Origin: Pristiophorus japonicus
Taxonomy: Eukaryota
Length of the DNA stretch: 64,000 nt
Direction: 5' to 3'
Assembly (NCBI RefSeq): GCF_044704955.1
Contig: NC_091998.1
Coordinates: forward strand, 35,650,001 to 35,714,000
Shown: positions 22,501-39,200 of the stretch, piece by piece
Layout of the letters: each line of letters starts with the position of its first letter
Numbering within the stretch: position 1 is the first letter of the stretch
Translations under genes and position numbers: made by a program
Notes under the pieces: generated by a model
What the model saw: the letters and a program-made list of their open reading frames with translations, nothing else
Told to the model about the DNA's origin: nothing
The model's database searches: none

Positions 22501-25500
22501 CAGGATCATTGTCCATTACAGGATCATTGTCAGTTGCATGATCATTGTCAGTTTCAGGATCATTGTCCATTACAGGATCATTGTCAGTTTCAGGATCACT
22601 GCCAATTACAGGATCATTGTCCGTTACAGGATCATTGTCAGTTGCAGGATCATTTTCAGTTACAGGATCACTGTCTGTTACAGGATCATTGTCCATTACA
22701 GGATCATTGTCAGTTACAGGATCATTGTCAGTTACAGGATCATTGTCATTACAGGATCACTGTCCATTACAGGATCATTTTCAGTTCCAGGATCATTGTC
22801 AGTTACAGGATCACTGTCCGCTACAGGATCATTGTCTGTTTCAGGATGATTGTCAGTTACAGGATCATTGTCCATTACAGGATTATTGTCAGTTGCAGGA
22901 TCATTGTCAGTTATAGGATCACTGTCAGTTATAGGATCATTGTCAGTTATCGGATCACTGTCAGTAACAAGATCACTGTCAGTTACAGGATCATTGTCAG
23001 TTGCAGGATCATTGTCAGTTGCAGGATCACTGTCCGTGTTAGGATCATTGTCCGTTACAGGATCACTGTCCATTACAGGATCATTGTCAATTGCAGGAAC
23101 ATTGTCAGTTGCAGTCTCATTGTCTGTTGCAGGATCACTGTCATTTACAGGATCATTGTCAGTTACAGGATCACTGTCCGTTCCAGGATCACTGTCAGTT
23201 GCAGGATCAGTGTCCCTTACAGTATCACTATCCATTACAGGATCATTGTCATTTACAGGATCATTGTCAGTTACAGGATCACTGTCTGTTACAGGATCAC
23301 TGTCTGTTACAAGATCATTGTCAGTTACATGATCACTGTCCATTACAGGATCATTGTCAGTTGCAGGATCATTGTCAGTTACATGATCACTTTCCGTTAC
23401 AGGATCACTGTCAGTTGCAGGATCAGTGTCCATTACAGGATCACTATCCATTACAGGATCATTGTCAGTTACAGGATCATTGTCAGTTACAGGATCACTG
23501 TCTGTTACAAGATCATTGTCAGTTACATGATCACTGTCCATTACAGGATCATTGTCAGTTGCAGGATCATTGTCAGTTACATGATCACTGTCTGTTACAG
23601 GATCATTGTCCGTTGCAGGATCATTGTCAGTTACAGGATCATTGTCCGTTCCAGGATCATTGTCAGTTACAGGATCATTGTCAGTTACAGGATCACTGTC
23701 CGTGACAGGATCATTGTCCATTATAGGATCACTGTCCATTACAGGATCACTGTCCATTACACGATAAATTTCCCTGACAGGATTATTGTCAGTTACAGGA
23801 TCACTGTCCGATACAGGATCATTGTCCGTTACAGGATCATTGTCAGTTACGGGATCACTACCAGTTACAGGATCATTGTCAGTTACAGGATCGTTGTCAG
23901 TTAGAGAATCATTTTCAGTTACTGAATCACTCTCCATTACATGATCATTGTCCATTACAGGATCATTGTCCATTACGAGATCATTGTCCGTTACAGGATC
24001 ATTGTCAGTTGCAGGATGACTGTCAGTTACAGAATCACTTTCCGTTACAGGGTCATTGTCTGTTACAGGATGACTGTCAGTTACAGGATCATTGTCCATT
24101 ACAGGATCATTGTCAGTTGCAGGATCATTGTCAGTTTCAGGATCATTGTCCATTACAGGATCATTGTCAGTTTCAGGATCACTGCCAGTTACAGGATCAT
24201 TGTCCGTTACAGGATCATTGTCAGTTGCAGGATCATTTTCAGTTACAGGATCACTGTCTGTTACAGGATCATTGTCCATTACAGGATCATTGTCCGTGAC
24301 AGGTTCATTGTCCATTACAGGATCATTGTCCGTTACAAGATCATTGTCCGTTGCAGGATCATTGTCAGATACAGGATCATTGTCAATTCCAGGATCATTT
24401 TCAGTTGCAGGATCATTGTCAGTTACAGGATCGCTGTCTGTGACAGGATCATTGTCATTACAAGATCACTGTCCATTACAGGATCATTTTCTGTTTCAGT
24501 ATGATTGTCAGTTACAGGATCATTGTCCATTACAGGATTATTGTCAGTTGCAGGATCATTGTCAGTTACAGGATCACTGTCAGTTATAGGATCATTGTCA
24601 GTTATCGGATCACTGTCAGTAACAAGATCACTGTCAGTTACAGGATCATTGTCAGTTGCAGGATCATTGTCAGTTGCAGGATCACTGTCCGTGTTAGGAT
24701 CATTGTCCGTTACAGGATCACTGTCCATTACAGGATCATTGTCAATTGCAGGAACATTGTCAGTTGCAGGATCATTGTCTGTTGCAGGATCACTGTCAGT
24801 TATAGGATCATTGTCAGTTACAGGATCACTGTCCGTTACAGGATCACTGTCAGTTGCAGGATCAGTGTCCCTTACAGTATCACTATCCATTACAGGATCA
24901 TTGTCATTTACAGGATCATTGTCAGTTACAGGATCACTGTCTGTTACAGGATCATTGTCAGTTACAGGATCACTGTCCGTTGCAGGATCATTGTCCATTA
25001 CAGGATCATTGTCAGTTATGGGATCACTGCCAGTTACAGGATCATTGTCCGTTACAGGATCGTTGTCAGTTAGAGGATCATTTTCAGTTGCTGGACCACT
25101 GTCCATTACAAGTTCATTGTCCTTTACAGGATCATTGTCCGTTACAAGATCATTGTCCTTTACAGGATCACTGTCAGTTACAGGATCATTGTCCGTTACA
25201 GGATCACTGTCCATTACAGGATCACTGTCCATTACAGGATCATTGTCAGTTACAGGATCATTTTCCGTTACAGGATCATTGTCGGTTACAGGATCATTGT
25301 CCGTTACAGGATAATTGTCAGTTACAGGATCATTGTCCGTTATGGGATCATTGTCAGTTACAGGATCATTGTCCGATGCAGGATCATTTTCAGTTGCAGC
25401 ATCATTGTCCGTCACAGGATCACTGTCAGTTACAGTATCACTGTCCATTGCAGGATCACTGTCCGTTACAGGATCACTGTCCGTGACAGGATCATGGTCA

Positions 25501-27799
25501 GTTACAGGATCATTGTCAGTTACAGGATAATTGTCCGTAACAGAATCTCTGTCCATTACATGATCATTGTCAGTTACAGGATCACTGTCCGTTACAGGAT
25601 CACTGTCAGTTGCAGGATCAGTGTCCCTTACAGTATCACTATCCATTACAGGATCATTGTCATTGACAGGATCATTGTCAGTTACAGCATCACTGTCAGT
25701 TACAGGATCATTGTCCGTTACAGGATCACTGTCCATTACAGGATCACTATCCATTACAGGATCATTGTCAGTTACAGGATCATTTTCCGTTACAGGATCA
25801 TTGTCGGTTACAGGATCATTGTCCGTTACAGGATAATTGTCAGTTACAGGATCATTGTCCGTTATGGGATCATTGTCAGTTACAGGATCATTGTCCGATA
25901 CAGGATCATTTTCAGTTGCAGCATCATTGTCCGTCACAGGATCACTGTCAGTTACAGGATCACTGTCCATTGCAGGATCACTGTCCGTTACAGGATCACT
26001 GTCCGTGACAGGATCATGGTCAGTTACAGGATCATTGTCAGTTACAGGATATTTGTCCGTAACAGAATCTCTGTCCATTACATGATCATTGTCAGTTACA
26101 GGATCACTGTCCGTTGCAGGATCATTGTTCATTGCAGGATCATTGTCAGTGAGAGGATCACTGTCGGTTACAGCATCACTGTCCATTACAGGATCATTAT
26201 CAGTTACAGGATGATTGTCCGTTACAGGATCACTCTCAGTTGCAGGATCAGTGTCCCTTACAGGATCACTATCCATTACAGGATCATTGTCATTTACAGG
26301 ATCATTTTCAGTTACAGGATCACTGCCAGTTACAGGATCATTGTCCTTTACAGGATCATTGTCAGTTGCAGGATCATTGTCAGTTACAGGATCACTGTCA
26401 GTTATAGGATCATTGTCAGTTATAGGATCACTGTCCGTGTCAGGATCATTGTCCATTACAGGATCACTGTCCGTTCCAGGATCATTGTCAGTTACATGAT
26501 CATTGTCAATTACAGGATCATTTTCAGTTGCACGATCATTGTCCATTACAGGATCACTGTCAGTTACAGGATCATTGTCAGTTACAGGATCACTTTCCGT
26601 TACAGGATCACTGTCAGTTGCAGGATCAGTGTCCATTACAGGATCACTATCCATTACAGGATCATTGTCAGTTACTGGGTCATTGTCAGTTACAGGATCA
26701 CTGTCTGTTGCAGGATCATTGTCAGTTACATGATCACTGTCCATTACAGGATCATTGTCAGTTGCAGGATCATTGTCAGTTACATGATCACTGTCTGTTA
26801 CAGGATCATTGTCCGTTGCAGGATCATTGTCAGTTACAGGATCATTGTCCGTTCCAGGATCATTGTCAGTTACAGGATCATTGTCAGTTACAGGATCACT
26901 GTCCGTGACAGGATCATTGTCCATTATAGGATCACTGTCCGTTACAGGATCACTGTCCATTACACGATAAATTTCCCTGACAGGATCATTGTCAGTTACA
27001 GGATCACTGTCCGATACAGGATCATTGTCCGTTACAGGATCATTGTCAGTTACGGGATCACTACCAGTTACAGGATCATTGTCAGTTACAGGATCGTTGT
27101 CAGTTAGAGAATAATTTTCAGTTACTGAATCACTGTCCATTACATGATCATTGTCCGTTACAGGATCATTGTCAGTTGCAGGTTCATTGTCAGTTACAGA
27201 ATCACTTTCCGTTACAGGGTCATTGTCTGTTACAGGATGACTGTCAGTTACAGGATCATTGTCCATTACAGGATCATTGTCAGTTGCAGGATCATTGTCA
27301 GTTTCAGGATCATTGTCCATTACAGGATCATTGTCAGTTTCAGGATCACTGCCAGTTACAGGATCACTGTCCGTTACAGGATCATTGTCAGTTGCAGGAT
27401 CATTTTCAGTTACAGGATCATTGTCTGTTACAGGATCATTGTCCATTACAGGAGCATTGTCCGTGACATGTTCATTGTCCATTGCAGGATCATTGTCCGT
27501 TACAAGATCATTGTCCGTTGCAGGATCATTGTCAGATACAGGATCATTGTCAATTCCAGGATCATTTTCAGTTGCAGGATCATTGTCAGTTACAGGATCA
27601 CTGTCTGTGACAGGATCATTGTCCATTATAGGATCACAGTCCGTTACAGGATCACTGTCCATTACAGGATGAATTTCCCTGACAGGATCATTGTCAGTTA
27701 CAGGATCATTGTCAGTTACAGGATCATTGTCATTACAAGATCACTGTCCATTACAGGATCATTTTCAGTTCCAGGATCATTGTCAATTACAGGATCATT

Positions 27800-30700
27800 G
27801 TCAGTTACAGGATGATTGTTAGTTACAGGATCATTGTCCATTACAGGATTATTGTCAGTTGCAGGATCATTGTCAGTTACAGGATCACTGTCAGTTATAG
27901 GATCATTGTCAGTTATCGGATCACTGTCAGTAACAAGATCACTGTCAGTTACAGGATCATTGTCAGTTGCAGGATCATTGTCAGTTGCAGGATCACTGTC
28001 CGTGTTAGGATCATTGTCCGTTACAGGATCACTGTCCATTACAGGATCATTGTCAATTGCAGGAACATTGTCAGTTGCAGGATCATTGTCTGTTGCAGGA
28101 TCACTGTCAGTTACAGGATCATTGTCAGTTACAGGATCACTGTCCATTACAGGATCACTGTCAGTTGCAGGATCAGTGTCCCTTACAGTATCACTGTCCA
28201 TTACAGGATCATTGTCATTTACAGGATCATTGTCAGTTACAGGATCACTGTCAGTTACAGGATCATTGTCATTTGCAGGATCACTGTCCATTACAGGATC
28301 ACTGTCAGTTGCAGGATCATTGTCCGTTACATGATCACTGTCTGTTACAGGATCATTGTCAGTTACAGGATCATTGTCAGTTGCAGGATCACTGTCTGTT
28401 ACAGGATCATTCTCAGTTACAGATCAGTGTCCGTTACAGGATCATTGTCAGTTGCAGGATCACTGCCAGTTACAGAATCACTTTCCGTTACAGGATCATT
28501 GTTTGTTACAGAATGATTGTCTGTTGCAGGATGATTGTCCAGTACAGGATGATTGTCAGTTGCAGGATCATTGTCAGTTACAGGATCACTGTCAGTTATA
28601 GGATCATTGTCAGTTATAGGATCACTGTCCGTGTCAGGATCATTGTCCATTACAGGATCACTGTCCGTTCCAGGATCATTGTCAGTTACAGGATCATTGT
28701 CAATTACAGGATCATTTTCAGTTACACGATCATTGTCCATTACAGGATCACTGTCAGTTACAGGATCATTGTCAGTTACAGGATCACTTTCCATTACAGG
28801 ATCACTGTCAGTTGCAGGATCAGTGTCCATTACAGGATCACTATCCATTACAGGATCATTGTCAGTTACAGGATCATTGTCAGTTACAGGATCACTGTCT
28901 GTTGCAGGATCATTGTCAGTTACATGATCACTGTCCATTACAGGATCATTGTCAGTTGCAGGATCATTGTCAGTTACATGATCACTGTCTGTTACAGGAT
29001 CATTGTCCGTTGCAGGATCATTGTCAGTTACAGGATCATTGTCCGTTCCAGGATCATTGTCAGTTACAGGATCATTGTCAGTTACAGGATCACTGTCCGT
29101 GACAGGATCATTGTCCATTATAGGATCACTGTCCGTTACAGGATCACTGTCCATTACACGATCAATTTCCCTGACAGGATCATTGTCAGTTACAGGATCA
29201 CTGTCTGATACAGGATCATTGTCCGTTACAGGATCATTGTCAGTTACGGGATCACTACCAGTTACAGGATCATTGTCAGTTACAGGATCGTTGTCAGTTA
29301 CAGGATCATTTTCAGTTACTGAATCACTGTCCATTACATGATCATTGTCCATTACAGGATCATTGTCCATTACGAGATCATTGTCCATTACAGGATCATT
29401 TTCTGTTTCAGTATGATTGTCAGTTACAGGATCATTGTCCATTACAGGATTATTGTCAGTTGCAGGATCATTGTCAGTTACAAGATCACTGTCAGTTATA
29501 GGATCATTGTCAGTTATCGGATCACTGTCAGTAACAAGATCACTGTCAGTTACAGGATCATTGTCAGTTGCAGGATCATTGTCAGTTGCACAATCACTGC
29601 CCGTGTTAGGATCATTGTCCGTTACAGGATCACTGTCCATTACAGGATCATTGTCAATTGCAGGAACATTGTCAGTTGCAGGATCATTGTCTGTTGCAGG
29701 ATCACTGTCAGTTACAGGATCATTGTCAGTTACAGGATCACTGTCCGTTACAGGATCACTGTCAGTTGCAGGATCAGTGTCCCTTACAGTATCACTATCC
29801 ATTACAGGATCATTGTCATTTACAGGATCATTGTCAGTTACAGGATCACTGTCAGTTACAGGATCATTGTCATTTGCAGGATCACTGTCCATTACAGGAT
29901 CACTGTCAGTTGCAGGATCATTGTCCGTTACATGATCACTGTCTGTTACAGGATCATTGTCAGTTACAGGATCATTGTCAGTTGCAGGATCACTGTCTGT
30001 TACAGAATCATTGTCAGTTACAGATCACTGTCCGTTACAGGATTATTGTCAGTTGCAGGATCACTGCCAGTTACAGAATCACTTTCCGTTACAGGATCAT
30101 TGTTTGTTACAGAATGATTGTCTGTTGCAGGATGATTGTCCAGTACAGGATGATTGTCAGTTGCAGGATCATTGTCAGTTACAGGATCACTGTCAGTTAT
30201 AGGATCATTGTCAGTTATAGGATCACTGTCCGTGTCAGGATCATTGTCCATTACAGGATCACTGTCCGTTCCAGGATCATTGTCAGTTACAGGATCATTG
30301 TCAATTACAGGATCATTTTCAGTTACACGATCATTGTCCATTACAGGATCACTGTCAGTTACAGGATCATTGTCAGTTACAGGATCACTTTCCATTACAG
30401 GATCACTGTCAGTTGCAGGATCAGTGTCCATTACAGGATCACTATCCATTACAGGATCATTGTCAGTTACAGGATCATTGTCAGTTACAGGATCACTGTC
30501 TGTTACAGGATCATTGTCAGTTACATGATCACTGTCCATTACAGGATCATTGTCAGTTGCAGGATCATTGTCAGTTACATGATCACTGTCTGTTACAGGA
30601 TCATTGTCCGTTGCAGGATCATTGTCAGTTACAGGATCATTGTCCGTTCCAGGATCATTGTCAGTTACAGGATCATTGTCAGTTACAGGATCACTGTCCG

Positions 30701-33700
30701 TGACAGGATCATTGTCCATTATAGGATCACTGTCCGTTACAGGATCACTGTCCATTACACGATAAATTTCCCTGACAGGATCATTGTCAGTTACAGGATC
30801 ACTGTCTGATACAGGATCATTGTCCGTTACAGGATCATTGTCAGTTACGGGATCACTACCAGTTACAGGATCATTGTCAGTTACAGGATCGTTGTCAGTT
30901 ACAGGATCATTTTCAGTTACTGAATCACTGTCCATTACATGATCATTGTCCATTACAGGATCATTGTCCATTACGAGATCATTGTCCATTACAGGATCAT
31001 TTTCTGTTTCAGTATGATTGTCAGTTACAGGATCATTGTCCATTACAGGATTATTGTCAGTTGCAGGATCATTGTCAGTTACAGGATCACTGTCAGTTAT
31101 AGGATCATTGTCAGTTATCGGATCACTGTCAGTAACAAGATCACTGTCAGTTACAGGATCATTGTCAGTTGCAGGATCATTGTCAGTTGCAGGATCACTG
31201 TCCGTGTTAGGATCATTGTCCGTTACAGGATCACTGTCCATTACAGGATCATTGTCAATTGCAGGAACATTGTCAGTTGCAGTCTCATTGTCTGTTGCAG
31301 GATCACTGTCAGTTACAGGATCATTGTCAGTTACAGGATCACTGTCCGTTACAGGATCACTGTCAGTTGCAGGATCAGTGTCCCTTACAGTATCACTATC
31401 CATTACAGGATCATTGTCATTTACAGGATCATTGTCAGTTACAGGATCACTGTCAGTTACAGGATCATTGTCATTTGCAGGATCACTGTCCATTACAGGA
31501 TCACTGTCAGTTGCAGGATCATTGTCCGTTACAGGATCACTGTCCATTACAGGATCATTGTCAGTTACAGGATCATTGTCAGTTGCAGGATCACTGTCTG
31601 TTACAGGATCATTGTCAGTTACAGATCACTGTCCGTTACAGGATCATTGTCAGTTGCAGGATCACTGCCAGTTACAGAATCACTTTCTGTTACAGGATCA
31701 TTGTTTGTTACAGAATGATTGTCTGTTGCAGGATGATTGTCCAGTACAGGATGATTGTCAGTTGCAGGATCATTGTCAGTTACAGGATCACTGTCAGTTA
31801 TAGGATCATTGTCAGTTATAGGATCACTGTCCGTGTCAGGATCATTGTCCATTACAGGATCACTGTCCGTTCCAGGATCATTGTCAGTTACAGGATCACT
31901 GTCCATTACAGGATCACTGTCAGTTGCAGGATCAGTGTCCCTTACAGTATCACTATCCATTACAGGATCATTGTCATTTACAGGATCATTGTCAGTTACA
32001 GGATCACTGTCAGTTACAGGATCATTGTCATTTGCAGGATCACTGTCCATTACAGGATCACTGTCAGTTGCAGGATCATTGTCCGTTACAGGATCACTGT
32101 CCATTACAGGATCATTGTCAGTTACAGGATCATTGTCAGTTGCAGGATCATTGTCAGTTGCAGGATCACTGTCCGTGTTAGGATCATTGTCCGTTACAGG
32201 ATCACTGTCCATTACAGGATCATTGTCATTTACAGGATCATTGTCAGTTACAGGATCACTGTCAGTTACAGGATCATTGTCATTTGCAGGATCACTGTCC
32301 ATTACAGGATCACTGTCAGTTGCAGGATCATTGTCCGTTACATGATCACTGTCTGTTACAGGATCATTGTCAGTTACAGGATCATTGTCAGTTGCAGGAT
32401 CACTGTCTGTTACAGGATCATTCTCAGTTACAGATCAGTGTCCGTTACAGGATCATTGTCAGTTGCAGGATCACTGCCAGTTACAGAATCACTTTCCGTT
32501 ACAGGATCATTGTTTGTTACAGAATGATTGTCTGTTGCAGGATGATTGTCCAGTACAGGATGATTGTCAGTTGCAGGATCATTGTCAGTTACAGGATCAC
32601 TGTCAGTTATAGGATCATTGTCAGTTATAGGATCACTGTCCGTGTCAGGATCATTGTCCATTACAGGATCACTGTCCGTTCCAGGATCATTGTCAGTTAC
32701 AGGATCATTGTCAATTACAGGATCATTTTCAGTTACACGATCATTGTCCATTACAGGATCACTGTCAGTTACAGGATCATTGTCAGTTACAGGATCACTT
32801 TCCATTACAGGATCACTGTCAGTTGCAGGATCAGTGTCCATTACAGGATCACTATCCATTACAGGATCATTGTCAGTTACAGGATCATTGTCAGTTACAG
32901 GATCACTGTCTGTTACAGGATCATTGTCAGTTACATGATCACTGTCCATTACAGGATCATTGTCAGTTGCAGGATCATTGTCAGTTACATGATCACTGTC
33001 TGTTACAGGATCATTGTCCGTTGCAGGATCATTGTCAGTTACAGGATCATTGTCCGTTCCAGGATCATTGTCAGTTACAGGATCATTGTCAGTTACAGGA
33101 TCACTGTCCGTGACAGGATCATTGTCCATTATAGGATCACTGTCCGTTACAGGATCACTGTCCATTACACGATAAATTTCCCTGACAGGATCATTGTCAG
33201 TTACAGGATCACTGTCTGATACAGGATCATTGTCCGTTACAGGATCATTGTCAGTTACGGGATCACTACCAGTTACAGGATCATTGTCAGTTACAGGATC
33301 GTTGTCAGTTACAGGATCATTTTCAGTTACTGAATCACTGTCCATTACATGATCATTGTCCATTACAGGATCATTGTCCATTACGAGATCATTGTCCATT
33401 ACAGGATCATTTTCTGTTTCAGCATGATTGTCAGTTACAGGATCATTGTCCATTACAGGATTATTGTCAGTTGCAGGATCATTGTCAGTTACAAGATCAC
33501 TGTCAGTTATAGGATCATTGTCAGTTATCGGATCACTGTCAGTAACAAGATCACTGTCAGTTACAGGATCATTGTCAGTTGCAGGATCATTGTCAGTTGC
33601 ACAATCACTGTCCGTGTTAGGATCATTGTCCGTTACAGGATCACTGTCCATTACAGGATCATTGTCAATTGCAGGAACATTGTCAGTTGCAGGATCATTG

Positions 33701-36200
33701 TCTGTTGCAGGATCACTGTCAGTTCCAGGATCATTGTCAGTTACAGGATCACTGTCCGTTACAGGATCACTGTCAGTTGCAGGATCAGTGTCCCTTACAG
33801 TATCACTATCCATTACAGGATCATTGTCATTTACAGGATCATTGTCAGTTACAGGATCACTGTCAGTTACAGGATCATTGTCATTTGCAAGATCACTGTC
33901 CATTACAGGATCACTGTCAGTTGCAGGATCATTGTCCGTTACATGATCACTGTCTGTTACAGGATCATTGTCAGTTACAGGATCATTGTCAGTTGCAGGA
34001 TCACTGTCTGTTACAGAATCATTGTCAGTTACAGATCACTGTCCGTTACAGGATCATTGTCAGTTGCAGGATCACTGCCAGTTACAGAATCACTTTCCGT
34101 TACAGGATCATTGTTTGTTACAGAATGATTGTCTGTTGCAGGATGATTGTCCAGTACAGGATGATTGTCAGTTGCAGGATCATTGTCAGTTACAGGATCA
34201 CTGTCAGTTATAGGATCATTGTCAGTTATAGGATCACTGTCCGTGTCAGGATCATTGTCCATTACAGGATCACTGTCCGTTCCAGGATCATTGTCAGTTA
34301 CAGGATCATTGTCAATTACAGGATCATTTTCAGTTACACGATCATTGTCCATTACAGGATCACTGTCAGTTACAGGATCATTGTCAGTTACAGGATCACT
34401 TTCCATTACAGGATCACTGTCAGTTGCAGGATCAGTGTCCATTACAGGATCACTATCCATTACAGGATCATTGTCAGTTACAGGATCATTGTCAGTTACA
34501 GGATCACTGTCTGTTACAGGATCATTGTCAGTTACATGATCACTGTCCATTACAGGATCATTGTCAGTTGCAGGATCATTGTCAGTTACATGATCACTGT
34601 CTGTTACAGGATCATTGTCCGTTGCAGGATCATTGTCAGTTACAGGATCATTGTCCGTTCCAGGATCATTGTCAGTTACAGGATCATTGTCAGTTACAGG
34701 ATCACTGTCCGTGACAGGATCATTGTCCATTATAGGATCACTGTCCGTTACAGGATCACTGTCCATTACACGATAAATTTCCCTGACAGGATCATTGTCA
34801 GTTACAGGATCACTGTCTGATACAGGATCATTGTCCGTTACAGGATCATTGTCAGTTACGGGATCACTACCAGTTACAGGATCATTGTCAGTTACAGGAT
34901 CGTTGTCAGTTACAGGATCATTTTCAGTTACTGAATCACTGTCCATTACATGATCATTGTCCATTACAGGATCATTGTCCATTACGAGATCATTGTCCAT
35001 TACAGGATCATTTTCTGTTTCAGTATGATTGTCAGTTACAGGATCATTGTCCATTACAGGATTATTGTCAGTTGCAGGATCATTGTCAGTTACAGGATCA
35101 CTGTCAGTTATAGGATCATTGTCAGTTATCGGATCACTGTCAGTAACAAGATCACTGTCAGTTACAGGATCATTGTCAGTTGCAGGATCATTGTCAGTTG
35201 CAGGATCACTGTCCGTGTTAGGATCATTGTCCGTTACAGGATCACTGTCCATTACAGGATCATTGTCAATTGCAGGAACATTGTCAGTTGCAGTCTCATT
35301 GTCTGTTGCAGGATCACTGTCAGTTACAGGATCATTGTCAGTTACAGGATCACTGTCCGTTACAGGATCACTGTCAGTTGCAGGATCAGTGTCCCTTACA
35401 GTATCACTATCCATTACAGGATCATTGTCATTTACAGGATCATTGTCAGTTACAGGATCACTGTCAGTTACAGGATCATTGTCATTTGCAGGATCACTGT
35501 CCATTACAGGATCACTGTCAGTTGCAGGATCATTGTCCGTTACAGGATCACTGTCCATTACAGGATCATTGTCAGTTACAGGATCATTGTCAGTTGCAGG
35601 ATCACTGTCTGTTACAGGATCATTGTCAGTTACAGATCACTGTCCGTTACAGGATCATTGTCAGTTGCAGGATCACTGCCAGTTACAGAATCACTTTCCG
35701 TTACAGGATCATTGTTTGTTACAGAATGATTGTCTGTTGCAGGATGATTGTCCAGTACAGGATGATTGTCAGTTGCAGGATCATTGTCAGTTACAGGATC
35801 ACTGTCAGTTATAGGATCATTGTCAGTTATAGGATCACTGTCCGTGTCAGGATCATTGTCCATTACAGGATCACTGTCCGTTCCAGGATCATTGTCAGTT
35901 ACAGGATCACTGTCCGTTACAGGATCACTGTCAGTTGCAGGATCAGTGTCCCTTACAGTATCACTATCCATTACAGGATCATTGTCATTTACAGGATCAT
36001 TGTCAGTTACAGGATCACTGTCAGTTACAGGATCATTGTCATTTGCAGGATCACTGTCCATTACAGGATCACTGTCAGTTGCAGGATCATTGTCCGTTAC
36101 AGGATCACTGTCCATTACAGGATCATTGTCAGTTACAGGATCATTGTCAGTTGCAGGATCACTGTCTGTTACAGGATCATTGTCAGTTACAGATCACTCT
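27800..36200. repeat. 1,601-bp higher-order repeat nested in a 4,011-bp super-repeat
   Basis: 17-bp monomer (TTACAGATCA) recurs at ~28417, 30018, 31619, then 32428, 34029, 35630. Matching ORFs are offset 1,601 and 4,011. Confidence 0.9.
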
Positions 36201-39200
36201 CCATTACAGGATCATTGTCAGTTGCAGGATCACTGCCAGTTACAGAATCACTTTCCGTTACAGGATCATTGTTTGTTACAGAATGATTGTCTGTTGCAGG
36301 ATGATTGTCCAGTACAGGATGATTGTCAGTTGCAGGATCATTGTCAGTTACAGGATCACTGTCAGTTATAGGATCATTGTCAGTTATAGGATCACTGTCC
36401 GTGTCAGGATCATTGTCCATTACAGGATCACTGTCCGTTCCAGGATCATTGTCAGTTACAGGATCATTGTCAATTACAGGATCATTTTCAGTTACACGAT
36501 CATTGTCCATTACAGGATCACTGTCAGTTACAGGATCATTGTCAGTTACAGGATCACTTTCCATTACAGGATCACTGTCAGTTGCAGGATCAGTGTCCAT
36601 TACAGGATCACTATCCATTACAGGATCATTGTCAGTTACAGGATCATTGTCAGTTACAGGATCACTGTCTGTTACAGGATCATTGTCAGTTACATGATCA
36701 CTGTCCATTACAGGATCATTGTCAGTTGCAGGATCATTGTCAGTTACATGATCACTGTCTGTTACAGGATCATTGTCCGTTGCAGGATCATTGTCAGTTA
36801 CAGGATCATTGTCCGTTCCAGGATCATTGTCAGTTACAGGATCATTGTCAGTTACAGGATCACTGTCCGTGACAGGATCATTGTCCATTATAGGATCACT
36901 GTCCGTTACAGGATCACTGTCCATTACACGATAAATTTCCCTGACAGGATTATTGTCAGTTACAGGATCACTGTCCGATACAGGATCATTGTCCGTTACA
37001 GGATCATTGTCAGTTACGGGATCGCTACCAGTTACAGGATCATTGTCAGTTAAAGGATCGTTGTCAGTTAGAGAATCATTTTCAGTTACTGAATCACTGT
37101 CCATTACATGATCATTGTCCATTACAGGATCATTGTCCATTACGAGATCATTGTCCGTTACAGGATCATTGTCCATTACGAGATCATTGTCCGTTACAGG
37201 ATCATTGTCAGTTGCAGGATCATTGTCAGTTACAGAATCACTTTCCGTTACAGGGTCATTGTCTGTTACAAATTACTGTCAGTTACAGGATCATTGTCCA
37301 TTACAGGATCATTGTCAGTTGCAGGATCATTGTCAGTTTCAGGATCATTGTCCATTACAGGATCATTGTCAGTTTCAGGATCACTGCCAGTTACAGGATC
37401 ATTGTCCGTTACAGGATCATTGTCAGTTGCAGGATCATTTTCAGTTACAGGATCACTGTCTGTTACAGGATCATTGTCCATTACAGGATCATTGTCCGAG
37501 ACAGGTTCATTGTCCATTACAGGATCATTGTCCGTTACAAGATCATTGTCCGTTGCAGGATCATTGTCAGATACAGGATCATTGTCAATTCCAGGATCAT
37601 TTTCAGTTGCAGGATCATTGTCAGTTACAGGATCGCTGTCTGTGACAGGATCATTGTCATTACAAGATCACTGTCCATTACAGGATCATTTTCTGTTTCA
37701 GTATGATTGTCAGTTACAGGATCATTGTCCATTACAGGATTATTGTCAGTTGCAGGATCATTGTCAGTTACAGGATCACTGTCAGTTATAGGATCATTGT
37801 CAGTTATCGGATCACTGTCAGTAACAAGATCACTGTCAGTTACAGGATCATTGTCAGTTGCAGGATCATTGTCAGTTGCAGGATCACTGTCCGTGTTAGG
37901 ATCATTGTCCGTTACAGGATCACTGTCCATTACAGGATCATTGTCAATTGCAGGAACATTGTCAGTTGCAGGATCATTGTCTGTTGCAGGATCACTGTCA
38001 GTTACAGGATCATTGTCAGTTACAGGATCACTGTCCGTTACAGGATCACTGTCAGTTGCAGGATCAGTGTCCCTTACAGTATCACTATCCATTACAGGAT
38101 CATTGTCATTTACAGGATCATTGTCAGTTACAGGATCACTGTCAGTTACAGGATCATTGTCATTTGCAGGATCACTGTCCATTACAGGATCACTGTCAGT
38201 TGCAGGATCATTGTCCGTTACAGGATCACTGTCCATTACAGGATCAGTGTCAGTCACAGGATCTTTGTCAGTTGCAGGATCACTGTCCGTGTTAGGATCA
38301 TTGTCCGTTACAGGATCACTGTCCATTACAGGATCATTGTCAATTGCAGGAACATTGTCAGTTGCAGGATCATTGTCTATTGCAGGATCACTGTCAGTTA
38401 CAGGATCATTGTCAGTTACAGGATCACTGTCCGTTACAGGATCACTGTCAGTTGCAGGATCAGTGTCCCTTACAGTATCACTATCCATTACAGGATCATT
38501 GTCATTTACAGGATCATTGTCAGTTACAGGATCACTGTCAGTTACAGGATCATTGTCATTTGCAGGATCACTGTCCATTACAGGATCACTGTCAGTTGCA
38601 GGATCATTGTCCGTTACAGGATCACTGTCCATTACAGGATCATTGTCAGTTACAGGATCATTGTCAGTTGCAGGATCACTGTCTGTTACAGGATCATTGT
38701 CAGTTACAGATCACTGTCCGTTACAGGATCATTGTCAGTTGCAGGATCACTGCCAGTTACAGAATCACTTTCCGTTACAGGATCATTGTTTGTTACAGAA
38801 TGATTGTCTGTTGCAGGATGATTGTCCAGTACAGGATGATTGTCAGTTGCAGGATCATTGTCAGTTACAGGATCACTGTCAGTTATAGGATCATTGTCAG
38901 TTATAGGATCACTGTCCGTGTCAGGATCATTGTCCATTACAGGATCACTGTCCGTTCCAGGATCATTGTCAGTTACAGGATCACTGTCCGTTACAGGATC
39001 ACTGTCAGTTGCAGGATCAGTGTCCCTTACAGTATCACTATCCATTACAGGATCATTGTCATTTACAGGATCATTGTCAGTTACAGGATCACTGTCAGTT
39101 ACAGGATCATTGTCATTTGCAGGATCACTGTCCATTACAGGATCACTGTCAGTTGCAGGATCATTGTCCGTTACAGGATCACTGTCCATTACAGGATCAT